A stretch of DNA of 64,000 nt from the human T2T-CHM13v2.0 reference genome, Homo sapiens (GCF_009914755.1 NC_060926.1), one strand, 5' to 3'; numbered from the stretch's first letter, positions 1-13,898 are shown. The notes: a model not told the origin generated them from the letters alone. Numbers and translations are program-made.

Positions 1-424
1 CATTAAGATTCTGTAAATACATTTAAATCAATCTGTCATGCAAATCATTGTGTGTGTCATTTCAAAAGATAATTTAAATTAAGAATTTAGCCAGCTCCTC
101 AGGCGGGGCCTTAAACAGTAGCAATTCTAGTATGTGGACAGCACAGTTCAGGTCTCAGCTTTAGATCAGCAGGTCCTGAAACCCAATTTTATCAGTGTAT
201 GTGTGTACCAGACCTAATTTAAGAGTTAAGCCATAAAAATAAAGTTGATAGGTTTTGTCACTCTACCAGACAGTAATGGATTAACACAAACAGAATTATC
301 TTCTTTGGCTTCTCACAATCCATGCACACCACTTCTCTTCTGCTAAAACATTCTTTATTTTTAAACAGTATAAAACAAATGATTAAGTAACAGCAGCTAA
401 ATCGAAAGTCATTTATTCATCCTA

Positions 425-565
425 GGCCAGGCATGGCAGCGAACACCTGTTAATCCCAGCATTTTGGGAGGCTGAGGCAGGAGAATCATTTCAGCCCAGG
501 AGTGTGAGACTCGCCTGGGCAATACAGCAAAACCTTGTCTCTTAAAAAAGAAAAAAAAAAAAAAA
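425..565 (+). mobile_element. Free left Alu monomer (FLAM-like)
   Basis: Single Alu arm GGCCAGGCATGG...GTCTCT followed by an A-tail; imperfect TSD aaagtcatt(tatt)catcc. Confidence 0.8.
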
Positions 566-1345
566 GAGAGGGAAAAAAAGTCATTCATCCACCTTAGTAA
601 CTATAATTAAACTATAATCTTTCACAAATCTACGCAACAGATTTTGAAACTCTCCAAGGGTGTGTTAATTTTGCAAATCGTCCATTTTATTCGTGGTAAG
701 ATACTTTTTATTAGTTTCACCCTCAATGTGTGACTATCTCCAGGTAGTTGGGGAGAATTTATTAAAGGCTCCATATCGGAGCTGCCCTATGGGACAACTC
801 TAGGGAGCATCATTCACACAGAATGCCTGAGTGGTGTTATGTACCCAGCCCTGTCTATATACACTTGTTTTATAGAAAAAGTTGGAAATAAAAATATTTA
901 TCCTAAAATTTATCCTGAGAAATTAAATAAGAATACATGAAGCACCTAGCACAGTCAGTGGCACACAACAGAAACTTCATAAACAACAGTCCCAGTATGT
1001 AACAATCTTAGTGAAAAAAGGAGGCAATTATATTGTGATAAGTGACATATGATAGAGATATTCATATCCTTATTTTTGGCTTTCATCTATTATCGAAGTT
1101 AGAAATCTGTTCCTTTTTCTCCTACATTAGAACAATGGGTATAATACAAAGCAAAAGACAACACTTTCTATTTAGCTCACAAAACACTTACTCCATATTT
1201 TATATACTTGACTATTTCTCTTATAACTCTCAAGAATCCTATAATTATACTCTACCCTTCTTATCGTGGTCATAATTCAGTATTACTATGATCAACTACC
1301 TAAATTCTGACTCTTCCACTAGATATAAGTTCCATGAGGAATCTT

Positions 1346-1646
1346 TATTGTTGTTGCTCTTGTTGACAGGGTCTCACTGTCACCTAGACTGAAGTGCAGT
1401 GGTGTGATCTCAGCTCCCTGCAGCCTCGACCTACCCAGGCTCAAGTGATCCTCCCACCTCAGCCTCCCGAGAAGCTAGGTGCGTACCACCACACCTAATT
1501 TATTTATTTATTTATTTTTGTATTTTGTAGACACGGGGTTTCACCATGTTGCCCAGGTTGGTCTCAAACTCCTGAGCTCAAGTGATCTGCCCCACCTCAG
1601 CCCCCCAAAGTACTGGGATTACAGGTGTGAGCCACCACACCTGGCC
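1346..1646 (-). mobile_element. AluJ
   Basis: Diverged dimeric Alu; TSD CATGAGGAATCTT at 1333-1345 and 1647-1659. Confidence 0.88.
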
Positions 1647-3933
1647 CATGAGGAATCTTAAGTCTTGCCTTATGTATCCTTAGTGCTTTACATTATAGGA
1701 AGTCCATAAATATTATTAGCAGGGTAAAAAAATGAGTGATTCAAAAATCTCATATCACATCCTTAACGCTTCAACTGATTTTTCTTATTGCACTTCTCTC
1801 AACCATGTCAGATCCACTGAGGTAGGCTGCCTCAAACTCACCATCTCAATACAACAGAAATAAAACTAGAACATTTCCTCTGTCCTTGACAAACCCTTTC
1901 TACATTTCCAACTATGCTCTAAAAAACAAATATTAACATTAAGCATCTGAAGATAAGTCAAAATAATATTTCTTTATTCCATCAATCTATACCTAAAGAA
2001 TGACTAGGTCCATGACATCAATGCCTCAAAACTAATCATAACCTCAGCAGGAACTGCTGCTAGGGCATCTCAACTTTTTGCTTGTCTTCCCTGTCTCTCC
2101 TCACCATTGTTATGCTTAATTTTATTTAAAAGGCTCCAACCATCCCAAATCCTACTCAAGACTAATGTCTTAATAAATAAAGCCTAATCTCATGAATAAA
2201 TATCAACCAGTCCTCAATATCATAATATAGTACACTTACAATTATATGTAACATCTATTTCTGGCCTAAATGGAATAGCTTGCTAAAGACCAACACTTCT
2301 ACAGTGAACAACTAAAGTAGGCTGATAAAAAGAAAATGGGGGAAAAAAATTGAAAGCATCAAAGAATTGCTAAACTGACCAGGCCTTGAAGGGCCAAAGT
2401 CCTAAAGAAGAGGGAACAGAAGTGAAGTAAGCCAACATTCTGAAGCCATTTTCCTCAATATATTTATCAATTCTGGCACAGGGCAAGAGAAGAAGGATCT
2501 GGGCAAAGAGCCCAGATTGAGAGCTGCTATTAAGTGGCAAAAAAAAAAAAAAGCATCATTTCCGCCAATCTCTTGAGGATAGAGAGAGAAAAATAACAGA
2601 CTGGAAAGGCCAGAATCTGGGGAAAGGTAGGCCCAGAACCTGGCCTAACATTCTGCCAATATTCCCTCAAAACTTCTGATAAATCCTTAAACTGTAGGGA
2701 ATAAGAGGATAAAAAGTCAAGCAGAAAGGCAATGAAAAACAAGATTTAGAAAGTTCATAATACAAGGAGAAATTAATTGGAATTCAGGGCCTACCAGTGA
2801 GACAAAGTCTCAGTGAATACCCCAGGATCTCTGTGGGAACTCTTGAAAGACTGCTCCTAAAAGCAATGCTAACAAAAAGTGATAGAGCTTTGTCAAAAAT
2901 GGACCCCAAACTGTAATTGAGAGGTCTTGTGGAGACACAAAGGTTAGAGTTTAGGATCTACCAGGGGGGAAATCCCAATGAATATACCTGGCTCTTGCTT
3001 GGAAGCTCTAAAGGGTTATAGCTTGAGACAGGAAGGGCAGCAATCAGAGGTAGACTGACCTCTATGAAAACTACAACCCATCCTGAACCCACTTGGGCCC
3101 TTTGCCAATCTGTTCCCAGTCTATCTTCCCAGGAAGAGAAAAGCTAAACCCTGTACAGAAGAAAATAATATCATCTGGGGCCTCTAAACTATTTTATGTG
3201 CAATATCCAACAGTAAACATAGCACTACATAGCACTGAAGTCTGAATAGCCAAGGGCAAATGCAGCAGGGGCAATGAGAAAAGGTACACTAACTAGTATG
3301 CCTCCAAATTAAGCCAGTTTCCTCATTTATCTCCTTTCACCAGTTCTTTTGAAAGAAAGAATAGTTACCTTATTGAGCAGAGACAAGATTTAAGATTTTA
3401 CATTTTTTGTTACAGAACATTTCAATTCTGTATTGAATCAGTTATGAAAATAAAGAAAAGTAGAGAAAAACCCTTTAGTTTTCAAAAAGTATTAGGGATG
3501 CCAAAATATAAGATCATATGACAATAAACCATACACAAAAAAGTGAAAACAGAATGCACACTGTCCACCTTCCCATTCACACACAGGTACCTTCATACCT
3601 TGACCTCTGACCTCACCTACAACTGGGATGTACCTAGAGATGTGGGGTAGTTCTCCTTACCGCCCAGGTTGGAATCCAAGCACGGGGGTAAAGCGGGTGA
3701 GGAGAAGAGGCTCGCTTCTCTACCATCCTTCATGATTCCTGACCCCCCAATCCTTTTTCCCATTTCCTTTGATGTTATTTTATTACAGCTTTTTAAATAT
3801 TTTTAAAAAATTATTTAACCCTTGGCAGCAGAGACTAAGGAGGGGAATAAGGAATTGCAGACTCTGTATGACTGAAATAAAGAGAAATAAAAACAACAGA
3901 AAGGGATCCAGAATACAGGACTTTGAAAAAAAT

Positions 3934-3993
3934 ACACACACACACACATTACATATATATATATTTTTATATATAGATTTATATATATATTTA

Positions 3994-4074
<81 letters not shown>

Positions 4075-4080
4075 TATATA
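3934..4080. repeat. Compound (CA)n(TA)n(CA)n microsatellite
   Basis: Directly visible dinucleotide runs. Confidence 0.95.
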
Positions 4081-4084
4081 TGTT

Positions 4085-4247
4085 TGGCTAAAACAAGAGG
4101 AATTTATTCTCTCATAGTTCTGGAGGCCAGGGGTTCCACATCTGTTCACTGGGCAAAAATCAAGGTGTCAGCAAAGATGTGCTCCCTCTGGAGGCTCTAG
4201 GAGAGAATCTATTCCTTGCCTCTTCCAGTTTCTGGTGGCTGCCAGCA
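4085..4247 (-). mobile_element. MLT1 (MaLR) LTR fragment
   Basis: aatttattctctcatagttctggaggccag...aatcaaggtgtcagca...ttccttgcctcttccag motif typical of MLT1. Confidence 0.75.
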
Positions 4248-5968
4248 AGAAAAATATTTTAAAACTATGAAAGAAAATAGAGAAAAAGAGGAAGAATTTC
4301 AATACAGCATTAAAATCTGTTTTAAAAAAATGCAAATGGTAAAGAGCAGTTTTTAAAATATGTAACTAATTAGCTTGTGTAGTTATAACAAAGTAGACAT
4401 TAAGACAAGAATATTTCTAGAGATGAAAAGAAACATGTCCTAATAACAAAAGGGAAAACCAACAAGGAAGATATAGCAATTATAAATCTGTATGTACCCA
4501 ATAACATGACTGCAAATAGACATAAAGCAAAATTTTGAGGAACAAAAACAATTCCAAAAATTCACAATCATATTGGGAGAATTTAACACAGCTCTCTCCA
4601 GAGCTCTCAGGACAAGCGGACAAAAAAAAAAAATAAATCATTAAACATATTGGATATCTGACACACATAATTAATAAATGTGAGGAATGAATAAAAGCAA
4701 AGCACTGTACCCAACAAGAGATTACATACTCTTCTTAAGTGGAAATAGAACACATACCAAAATTGACAAGGTGCTGGGTCATAAAGCAAGCCTCAGTAAA
4801 CTTCAAAGTATTGAGATAATTAAAAGGATGATTTCTGACAAAAGTAGACTTAAACTGGAACTCAATAACCCAAAAATCTCCAGTTGTTTGAAAATTAAGA
4901 GATATACTAAATAAGTCAAAAGAAATCACAATGAAAATTAATATTTTTAACTGATAGTAATAGAAATATAACATCAAAACTTACGGGATCAAGCTAAAAT
5001 TGCTTACAAATTTACAGCCTTAAATTAATATATAATAAAGTAAGATAAACTGGAAAAAAATCAATGACCTACATATCCATCTCAACAAATTACAAAGGAA
5101 GCAAATCTAAAAAAATTAAATTCTTAATAAGCAGATATTAATGATAAAAAAATATACAACAGAGAAAATTAACAACGCTAAAAGTTGGGTCTTTGAAAAA
5201 ACTTAAATAATTGATATGGCTCTTGCAAAACTGATTAAGAAAAATTAAAAAGGCACAAAAAACTCATGTGGAAAGAAAAAGGCAGCATCACTATAGATCC
5301 TAAAATCATTTTTTAAAATGAACGTAGGATGAAACAGAGAATGTGACAAAACAATCTGTGTTACAAATATGGGAAAGAAGTACATTGAAGTGGGTGGAGG
5401 AAATGGTTCTAACCTAAGTAACTGAAAATGAGTGAAGCCTATAAAGGCAAAAAAAAAAAAACTATAAAAATAAGCATTGTATAGTTGATAAAGTTGTCAC
5501 CCATGGAGGTACAGATTAATAATTCTGATAGTGCTCTGCACGTATACTGCAACTGAACAATTAAGTAAATGGATAACAGATAATGGGAGCTCGGTTTCTC
5601 CCTGTTGGAGTATGAGATTTCAGATATACCAAGCAAGTGGGCTACAAAACTACATATGGTAATGGACTGGAGTTGTAGACATCAGTATAAAATCATGTTT
5701 ACCTTAATACAGATATAAATGGTTATATACAAAAACATTTACAAGTATGTACACGAGTTAGTATAAACACATTTTTTTTCCATTTTTCAGCTAAGAAGGC
5801 CTAGAAACAACAACACACCAATAGCAACAAGCACCCATAGTGCCCACATCCTAGTTTCTAATACCACTCACAAATAAAAGCAACCAGGACTCCTTGGAAA
5901 AATGGCTGATTCTAGGAAAGGGCAGGAAATATACAAAATTTCTTTCAGTGCCAGAAAGTAAATACATG

Positions 5969-5970
<2 letters not shown>

Positions 5971-6033
<63 letters not shown>
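5971..6033. repeat. Poly(A) run of about 31 nt followed by (TA)n
   Basis: Directly visible. Confidence 0.95.
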
Positions 6034-6036
<3 letters not shown>

Positions 6037-7760
6037 ACAATGATGAGGCCTGTCAAAAGGACACAGGAGCCAACTGAAAGAGCTCTCAATGGCCAAAGCT
6101 AGAACAAATTGAGCAAGAAAATAAAATAGTATTTGATTATAACCCAAAGTATAAAATAAATATCCATGAGTCCATAGTATTTCAAATAAATGACTGAAAA
6201 AACAAATAAATGAGAGGGAACAAAATCTGAGCAGAAAAATTCCAAATCTGTGTAAATACTGTGCCCTAAAGGAGGTGTGAGCGTAACTGCCCACTCCTGA
6301 AGTGTGAGCTACATATAGTGACTTCCAAAGAGTAAAGTGTGGAGAGAGAGAAAAAAACAGTAACTTTACGGTGCAGAAACCCGACAAATACTACCTCACC
6401 AGGTAATCAAGATCAAGATCAACAGTGATGAGTCACAGAGATAACATGTACCCTTGATATGAAGAGAAGAATCACAGGAGAACAAAAGTCAGGTAAGATT
6501 AGCATACAGAAATATAAATCCTATATCCAGCATGGCTCTAAAAAGTGTGCCAAAAATTTGACTCTAAATTTCCTAGAGGCCAAGTCAAAGAGAACATAGT
6601 CAATTACATAGTTCACATTATTCATTAAGTGGCAGGTTGGATAGTCAGGCAAAGCATGACTTTTCTAGCATCTGAAACAGAATAAAACTTCTTTCATGGC
6701 TTCTCATAAAGATAGTGCTATTATCATACAATGGAAGACATCCAAACATAAAATCCCTACTGCATATCTTAGGACTATTTCATACAACATCCTTTAATCC
6801 AAGTCAGTGGCATCCTCAAGAGCAATTATACAAGAGAGCAAAATAAAGTAGCTCGGTTCTAATATCCATGGGTAAAACTGAGAAAACATATAAAATAAGA
6901 TTACAGAGACTTTAAGCAGTCCATCTGCAGTGAAACACTATTACATGCAATCGCGATTTTAGTAAGGTTTTAACAGTTGAAATCCGAGGCTGTAATTTTT
7001 ATCAAGACCAGGATTTAAATAACTTGGCTCTTAAGTACAGATCGTACACACTTTGACTCTTAATCAGGGAGGCGGTAAGGAAAACGGTAAGGTAAAGAAG
7101 TATTCATAAAAAATTAAGTCTACATAAAGTCATGACTGAAGGAATGGCTAACCTATCTCTGCACATAGGTGCACCAAAAGAGGTATGGCCCACTCAGTCA
7201 AATTTTAGTGGTTAAAACAAAAGGGAAAAAATTGATCTACACATAAGAAGAGAAACTGTTCTAAATAAAAGCCTTTTAAGGAATATAAAGGGAAGTAGAA
7301 GGCAAAGGCAACGAAAATAATTCTTATTTCTGTAATAATCACAGTGCATTTTTATCACCTCTAGAAACAAATTTACATGGGAACAATTTGGAACTCTAAA
7401 ATATGTTTAAGTCTCTATTTAGTTTTTCTTTAGTTATCAGGTAATGGTATAAAATATATTAAAGGACATATATTCTGCACTTAAGATATGTTCCTTGTTC
7501 TCTTTTAAATGGCGATTTGATTTTCTGGTTCTTTTTAGGTTAGTTATCAAAAGGCCAACTCATAGAAAATAGCTAAAAAACAGATGAATAATAAGATGTT
7601 TAAAACATATTAAGAAAAACTTAGTGGTGAAAAATTGCACATTCCTTCCACATTGTACCTAAGTTAGCCCTCGATTTATCTTAGTAATAGGGCAATCTAA
7701 ATGGAAATAATAAATGAATACTAAAATACTATTGATAACGGTTAAGAAGTGATAAGAATT

Positions 7761-8028
7761 GCCGGGCGTGGTGGCTCACGCCTGTAATCCCAGCACTTTG
7801 GGAGGCTGAGGCGGGCGGATCACGAGGTCAGGAGATCGAGACCGATCCTGGCTAACACGGTGAAACCCCGTCTCTACTAAAAATACAAAAAATTAGCCGG
7901 TCGTGGTGGCAGGCGCCTGTAGTCCCAGCTACTCGGGAGGCTGAGGCAGGGGAATGGCGTGAACCCGGGAGGCGGAGCTTGCAATCAGCCTAGGCAACAG
8001 AGCGAGACTCGGTCTCAAAAAAAAAAAA
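7761..8028 (+). mobile_element. AluY with a right-arm internal deletion
   Basis: AluY-diagnostic GGATCACGAGGTCAGGAGATCGAGACC..CCTGGCTAACACGG, CpG-rich. TSD AAGTGATAAGAA at 7747-7758 and 8027-8038. Confidence 0.92.
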
Positions 8029-8770
8029 GTGATAAGAACTAAAAATTGGCATATTTTTACTGGTGCTTTAGCTCAAAGTAGAAAGGTTATAATACACTTA
8101 ATAATAAATGTAATGTTTCAAAGTATCCACACTAAGAAGGAAGCTAAATTCAGAAACTGAATAGCAAACAAATCATCACATACTTTTTCCAGGTGGTATG
8201 TGGATTAAGTTTTAACAACTTGCATACACGTTTACTGAACTTAAGTTTCTTTATGCATCAGTTTTAAAAAAAAAATCATTTTTTTCAAAGAAAGCTGGAT
8301 GATTCTTACAAACCCTAGTTGCTAAAATTTACCACTCAAATTACAAAAGCACTTATAATGTTATATATATGTAAATTTAGACATGCCAAATTGTATATTA
8401 ACCAAAAATAACAATTATTCCAGAAATACTGCAATTTTTCCAGTCTCTTTCATGTGTCTCAGCATTACTCTTCAAACATGGAAAATTTAGAATACAGTTG
8501 TATGTTCAGTGAAAGTATCTATTACGGTAACATCTTACTGTGTACATAAAAATGTCATTTTTTCCAAATTATATTTAGCATTTTACTTTGTAAGGCAATT
8601 TTTTATGATGATATCCCTCTCTTTAATTCACAGCAACAATAAGGATCAAATACTCTAGTTACAATTAAACACTTTGACTAAAATCAGGTATAAACTGCTA
8701 AAACTAGAAATACATTAAGTTAAAATATATAAAACAAAGGCATTTAAAACATATTTTAAAACAGACATAC

Positions 8771-8871
8771 TTATCCCAACCAAGAGTTCCTATCTCTTCA
8801 ATAAGGCTTGAGTAGAACTGGGGAGGAGGAGGTAGTGCATACAGCTCTTGTCTATTCTTTAAGGCAACTTC
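8771..8871 (-). CDS. FANCL: FANCL coding exon 5 (EVALKNRQELYALPPPPQFYSSLIEEIGTLGWD-K); gene continues beyond position 1
   Basis: 101 nt, aaacag|GAAGTT...GGATAA|gtatgt; in frame with exons 1-4. Confidence 0.95.
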
Positions 8872-11639
8872 CTGTTTAAAAGAAGAAAACCTGAATTAGC
8901 TGTGGAACGCAAGACAATGAACTGTTAATACCTGATTGCAAAACATAATTTCATTATCTTCTTAGTGCCTAATAAAAGTGCCTGTTTTTTTACGGAAATC
9001 TGGCTGACTCATTCCCCTGCTCATGAAAAAGAGACAAGAAAAAGTTAAAGGACTGCACTGAAGGTCATGCAAAATGTCAATTTTTATGCCATGAAAATAA
9101 CTTGAGATTTTAATATTCTCCTGGACTATTATGCCTATCGGAGATAAAAAAAAAATTTTTATTAAATTCATCCTCAAGGCTTCACTATGGCTCTATTCCC
9201 ATGAATATGATGTTTGATATATACATTTTTTAAAAAGTACCTCTAAAGAAAGGCCTGAACTCTAAGTACATTACCTAAACTGACATATTTGTATACCATT
9301 ATGAACCACATCCTAACAAACAAACTCATTATCAGAACAAATATCCACATGCTAATTTTTTTCACTGACTTATACTCTGTACTATTCTTCAAGCAGGTAA
9401 GTCGGAGTATTATGCCATCCATCTGGCTAGATTACAGTCCCGTTCCTTGCTAGGCCTATCTATGAAGGCTTTAAAATGTTTATGTTCTCCCAACCAAAAC
9501 TAAAATTTTTTACAAGACACATAAACATCACTAGAATTGCTGAAGCTAAAATTACCAATTATTTTGAAGTTACCAACCTAGATAGACAGCTTATTTGGAA
9601 AGTAAAAATAAATCTATCTACAAATTACTTAGATGTTCATATGGTCTGAAGTATCAAACGGTATTACAAAAAGTAAATAATTAATTAATTAAATAAATCA
9701 GCTACAATAAATAACGAAAGTAGATAGGGACAAGTTGAAAATTATAAACACTTCTGAAAAATATAATCCTAATAAAAGGTTGTAATTTTTATTCTTTTAA
9801 GTATATGTTTAATCTTATTTTTTAAGTATATATCAATTTTTTTTAACCAGGATAGGACACTATCAAATTGAGATCATATTAGAAAGAACAGATATTACAA
9901 AACAGCACTTCAAAACCAAAACTATTAACGGGAACTACTTCAATTTCGTTCTGAATCTGCTTTATGATGAAAAAAAAAAAACAACTGGGAAAACAGATCC
10001 GTACAGCTGAGAATATCAATATGGATTTAATTAGAGGGTAAGCTCCTAGAAGACAAAGTATATGCTGCCTTTTTTATAATATAAATGACTAATGTTGCCT
10101 AAAAATAGACTGATGGTCCACCAAAATAAATTCGTATTTAGGTTGTGCACCAACCTAATACTATGAAGATTGTGCTCTACTAGTTATTAAATAAAATGCA
10201 TTAATATAGTATAGTACTTCTTTCAAGATTTGTTTTTATTCTGAAATATTAATTATTGCTATTCACAAAAATTGAAGGTAAAAATAAACCTGGATAATAG
10301 TAAAAACACTTTTCAATCTTAGGTTTATGACATTTATACACTCTACCTTCTATTCTGAGTCAGGTAAGTTACTCCTACTGTAGAACCGTAACAGCTAAAA
10401 AGGCAAAAGCAGAGAAGCAACATATTCTTCACAGAAAAGAGGCAAAGGTACATAGCGGAAAGGCTTCACAAACAGAAGTTTTAAATACTGACTTTAACAA
10501 TTCCTATTTTGAGGCCTTAGGCTTCAGTGGCTCAGCTCTAAAATAGAAATAAAATAACCTACCACTTAGGATTATTTTAAATATAGGTAATTGTTCACTT
10601 GTTAAATATATACTGAACTCCCACTATATGCAGTAATTACTAGGAAACTCCATGGAAGATTTACAACATTTTCTGAATAAGTTCAATAACTACTGATTTC
10701 ATGTGAGCATCACTCTCAACATATTTATTGGTGATTATAGTATAGGAACCCTATTACTTACAATACAGCCTAACACTAATAATTCTTATATCTTTAGGTA
10801 TACTATCTTAAATGAGCAATAAAATCACCAAATTTGTCCGTAATTTCTGAAGAAAGCTAAAATACAGGATTTCATTTTTATTCAGAAATTGAATAAATAT
10901 ACTAAATAGATATTGTAAATCAGAGATCTCAAAATTTTATTTTAGTTTTAAACTAATAAGTGTTTCTCCAAAATTACATGGCCAAGAGAGCTGTGACTTA
11001 CAATTTAATGAAGTTATTTTTGATAAGAAGAGTTTAATGGGACATGATATCTATACTTTTACTCTGGTTCCCTTAGTCTCTCCTTGTATTTGTATTGTTT
11101 ATTAAAATTATAATAAAAAGATAAAATAAATGTTGCAAACTTTTCTCCAATGTCAAGGAGATGTAAACCAAATATGCTTCACTTGTTCACTTTACCTTTT
11201 TAAGGTTATTACATTAAGGCCTTTGATGTAATTTGTAATCAAGTTTGATAACCCTTATTAATTAGGATTTATGAACTCATAAATCAAAATTCAAACTTTA
11301 GAAATTAATTTTAAACTATTATTCTAATCTCACACATTTAATCAAAGTCCTACCTTAGAAGGTTCTTATTAGCATTAAAAAAGGACTCCAGAAAACAACC
11401 TAGCAACTAAGTTATCAATATGTAGTAGCTGCTGCTAGGAATAAAATGGTCTCAACAAGGATCACAAAGAAATATCAAAACTTTCCATTGTTAGCAATAT
11501 TAGTATTGTAATTTTTATATAAACTAACAACACATAGACAGGAAAAGCATAAGTGAAATATAACAAGTAGAACATAACAAAAAACCATACTACAATGATG
11601 TTAACATTAGAAAACAGCATTTTCAGAGTAAAAGTGATA

Positions 11640-13070
11640 CAAGCAAACAAGTAAAAATTCTATAATGCCAATTTGAATTGTAAATATCAATACAAACTCA
11701 TAATTATATTCTTTCCAAAAAGTATTTTTTCTCAGTTTTGTCCACTGAAAAAACCTACAAGTAACAGCAATGCACACTCAAGTTTCCAGATTGAGGCATC
11801 CAAATACTATTTCCCACAAAGAAATCATGATTCTTTGGAGAAATGGCTGATTACAGTTACGGAATAAAATGAATAAATGAACCTGGGGCAACTGGTATCA
11901 GAAGGCAAACAAGCTTGGGTTATATTAAATAAAGAGCCAATATGAAGGGACTTGTGCTGACCAAAAAAATGGGACAATTTAAGCATCAAAAAGAAAATGA
12001 CTACAATAAAAAAATTAATTAAATATATAAAAATCTATGAGTTCATAAAGATACTTTAAAAAAAAAAACACTTTAGATCCCTGTGACAGTTGCTAGGCAC
12101 CAACTCATTATTCTAAAAATTGGTTTCTGTTTTAAAAGGAAAAGAAACAAGCACTTATCCAGTCTCTCCAGTATAAGCTGTACCTCAAATTAACCAAACA
12201 ACTGATGAGAAGTTCTCTACAGAAGATTTTCAACTAATAAATGCAGATGATGGAATTTTTAAAATTACCATTTGTAAATCCTAATGAAACATTAGATACA
12301 GGCAATGATTGTTATTAGAGGCTAAAATCATTAGGTGACAGTCTGATGGGAAACTTTATATTGAATGGATCTAAACCTATTGATCAATCTTAAATTTACT
12401 AAAACAGGAACCAAGGAACCATCAGATACCACGTGGATCCTCATGTAATATAATAAATACAGAGCACCAAGTAATCTCATAAGAACAAATGAATCCAAAT
12501 CTGCTGAAGCCTCTAGATCTAACTGCCAGATTACAAAGAAAGTAGAATATGTTAAAAGATAAACCATGAATATCTTACAAGCCAAATCCAGAATGTAGAA
12601 GATTTTATAGGACACCTAATTTGTTTTATTCAACAAATACATGGCATGAATAAAAAGGGTGAGGTAAAGAGGAGAGAGATGATGTTATACATAAGTACCT
12701 TATAAGTCTTATATAAGGCTTAAGAGACTTATCAACTAAATATAATGTGAGGACCTTGTTTGCATACTAATACAAACAAAGCAGCTATAAGAAATTATTA
12801 ACTTTATTGAGGTTATAATAATATATTTAAAAACAGATAAAAAGCACTTAGCTGTTAAAGAGATACACACTGACATATTTACAGAGGGATACATACAATA
12901 TCCAGAATTTCCTTTAAAATACTATGGTGTCTTTCTTCTAAAAAAGTAGAAGAGGAAATAAGATTGGCAAAATGTTAAAATTTGGTCAGGCCCAGCAGTA
13001 TTCACTATAATCTTCCCTCTTCTTTTGTTTATGTTGAAAACTTGGGTAATAAAATGAACTTGGGTTTTAA
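11640..13070 (+). mobile_element. Old L1 (L1MC/ME-type) 3' region
   Basis: Motifs such as gatttctttggagaaatggctgatt and aagattggcaaaatgttaa typical of L1MC/ME 3'UTRs; boundaries approximate. Confidence 0.6.
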
Positions 13071-13556
13071 GAAAATAATAAAATGTCTACAGGATAAACT
13101 GAATAATCAAGTATTTTATGCAACACTGATTAAACAGTACATATGTAACAGTATACATAAAATGAAGCCTAATAAGTTTTTCAGATATCTGTAGCTATAC
13201 ACAAAATTATTTATACATCATATTATATCTTTAAGTAGGACTACCTAATCTCTTCTTAGATGTTAAACTCTCTGCTGATAGGCCAGGAGTACATTTTATT
13301 TCTTCACCACCTGCCCAACACTAGTGTCAAGAATACCTAGTTTATAATACAATCAAAGAGGTTCCTTCGAACAGTTATGTCCCTCATGCAGTTCAAGAAA
13401 TGCGTCATCTATATTTATGTACACAGTAAAAGAAAACATCAAATGACTGAGAGTTAAGAAGACAAATTCTAATAATGTCAGTTTTTAAAGGAGTTACAAA
13501 AAAGAAATCAAGACTTGCAGTATGGTAACAGTGTCAGAAAAAAAAAAAATTCTTAC

Positions 13557-13613
13557 CAAAAGCATCTTCAACTCCATCATAAAGCTCATTAGATCAGGAG
13601 AGTGCTGCATTCT
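13557..13613 (-). CDS. FANCL: FANCL coding exon 4 (RMQHSPDLMSFMMELKMLL)
   Basis: 57 nt, gatctag|AGAATG...CTTTTG|gtaaga; phase 0-0. Confidence 0.95.
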
Positions 13614-13898
13614 CTAGATCAAAATATTTCCAATTAATTTCATTTGCACAATAAATATTCTATCCACTAAAACTGTAAAAAAATGTAGGCCCAAGTGAAT
13701 GTGAAAAAAAGATTAGCTATATCTACATCTGAAAACTATAAGAAATGAAGTATCGGTCATCAACTTTACTACTCCTACCAATTTCATTTTGAAACAGTAA
13801 TTAATGTCCTCAAATCTAATTTGCTGAGATATATTAAACTGTGTTAGAATGTCACTTAAAACCTCACACTACTCTGTTTCTTGAGCACTGTTTACTAC

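Larger units (their letters stand above)
2260..6460 (+). mobile_element. Fragmented old LINE-1 (L1M-type) interrupted by later insertions
   Basis: A-rich degenerate endonuclease-like coding (e.g. TKIDKVLGHKASLSK in ORF 4687-4914) and L1MC/MD-like 3'UTR at about 5330-6460; boundaries approximate. Confidence 0.65.

Noticed and set aside
3769-4200. Overlapping ORFs rich in YI/HT/CV (also 5851-6387)
   Set aside because: Translations of (TA)n/(CA)n microsatellites and poly(A), not genes.
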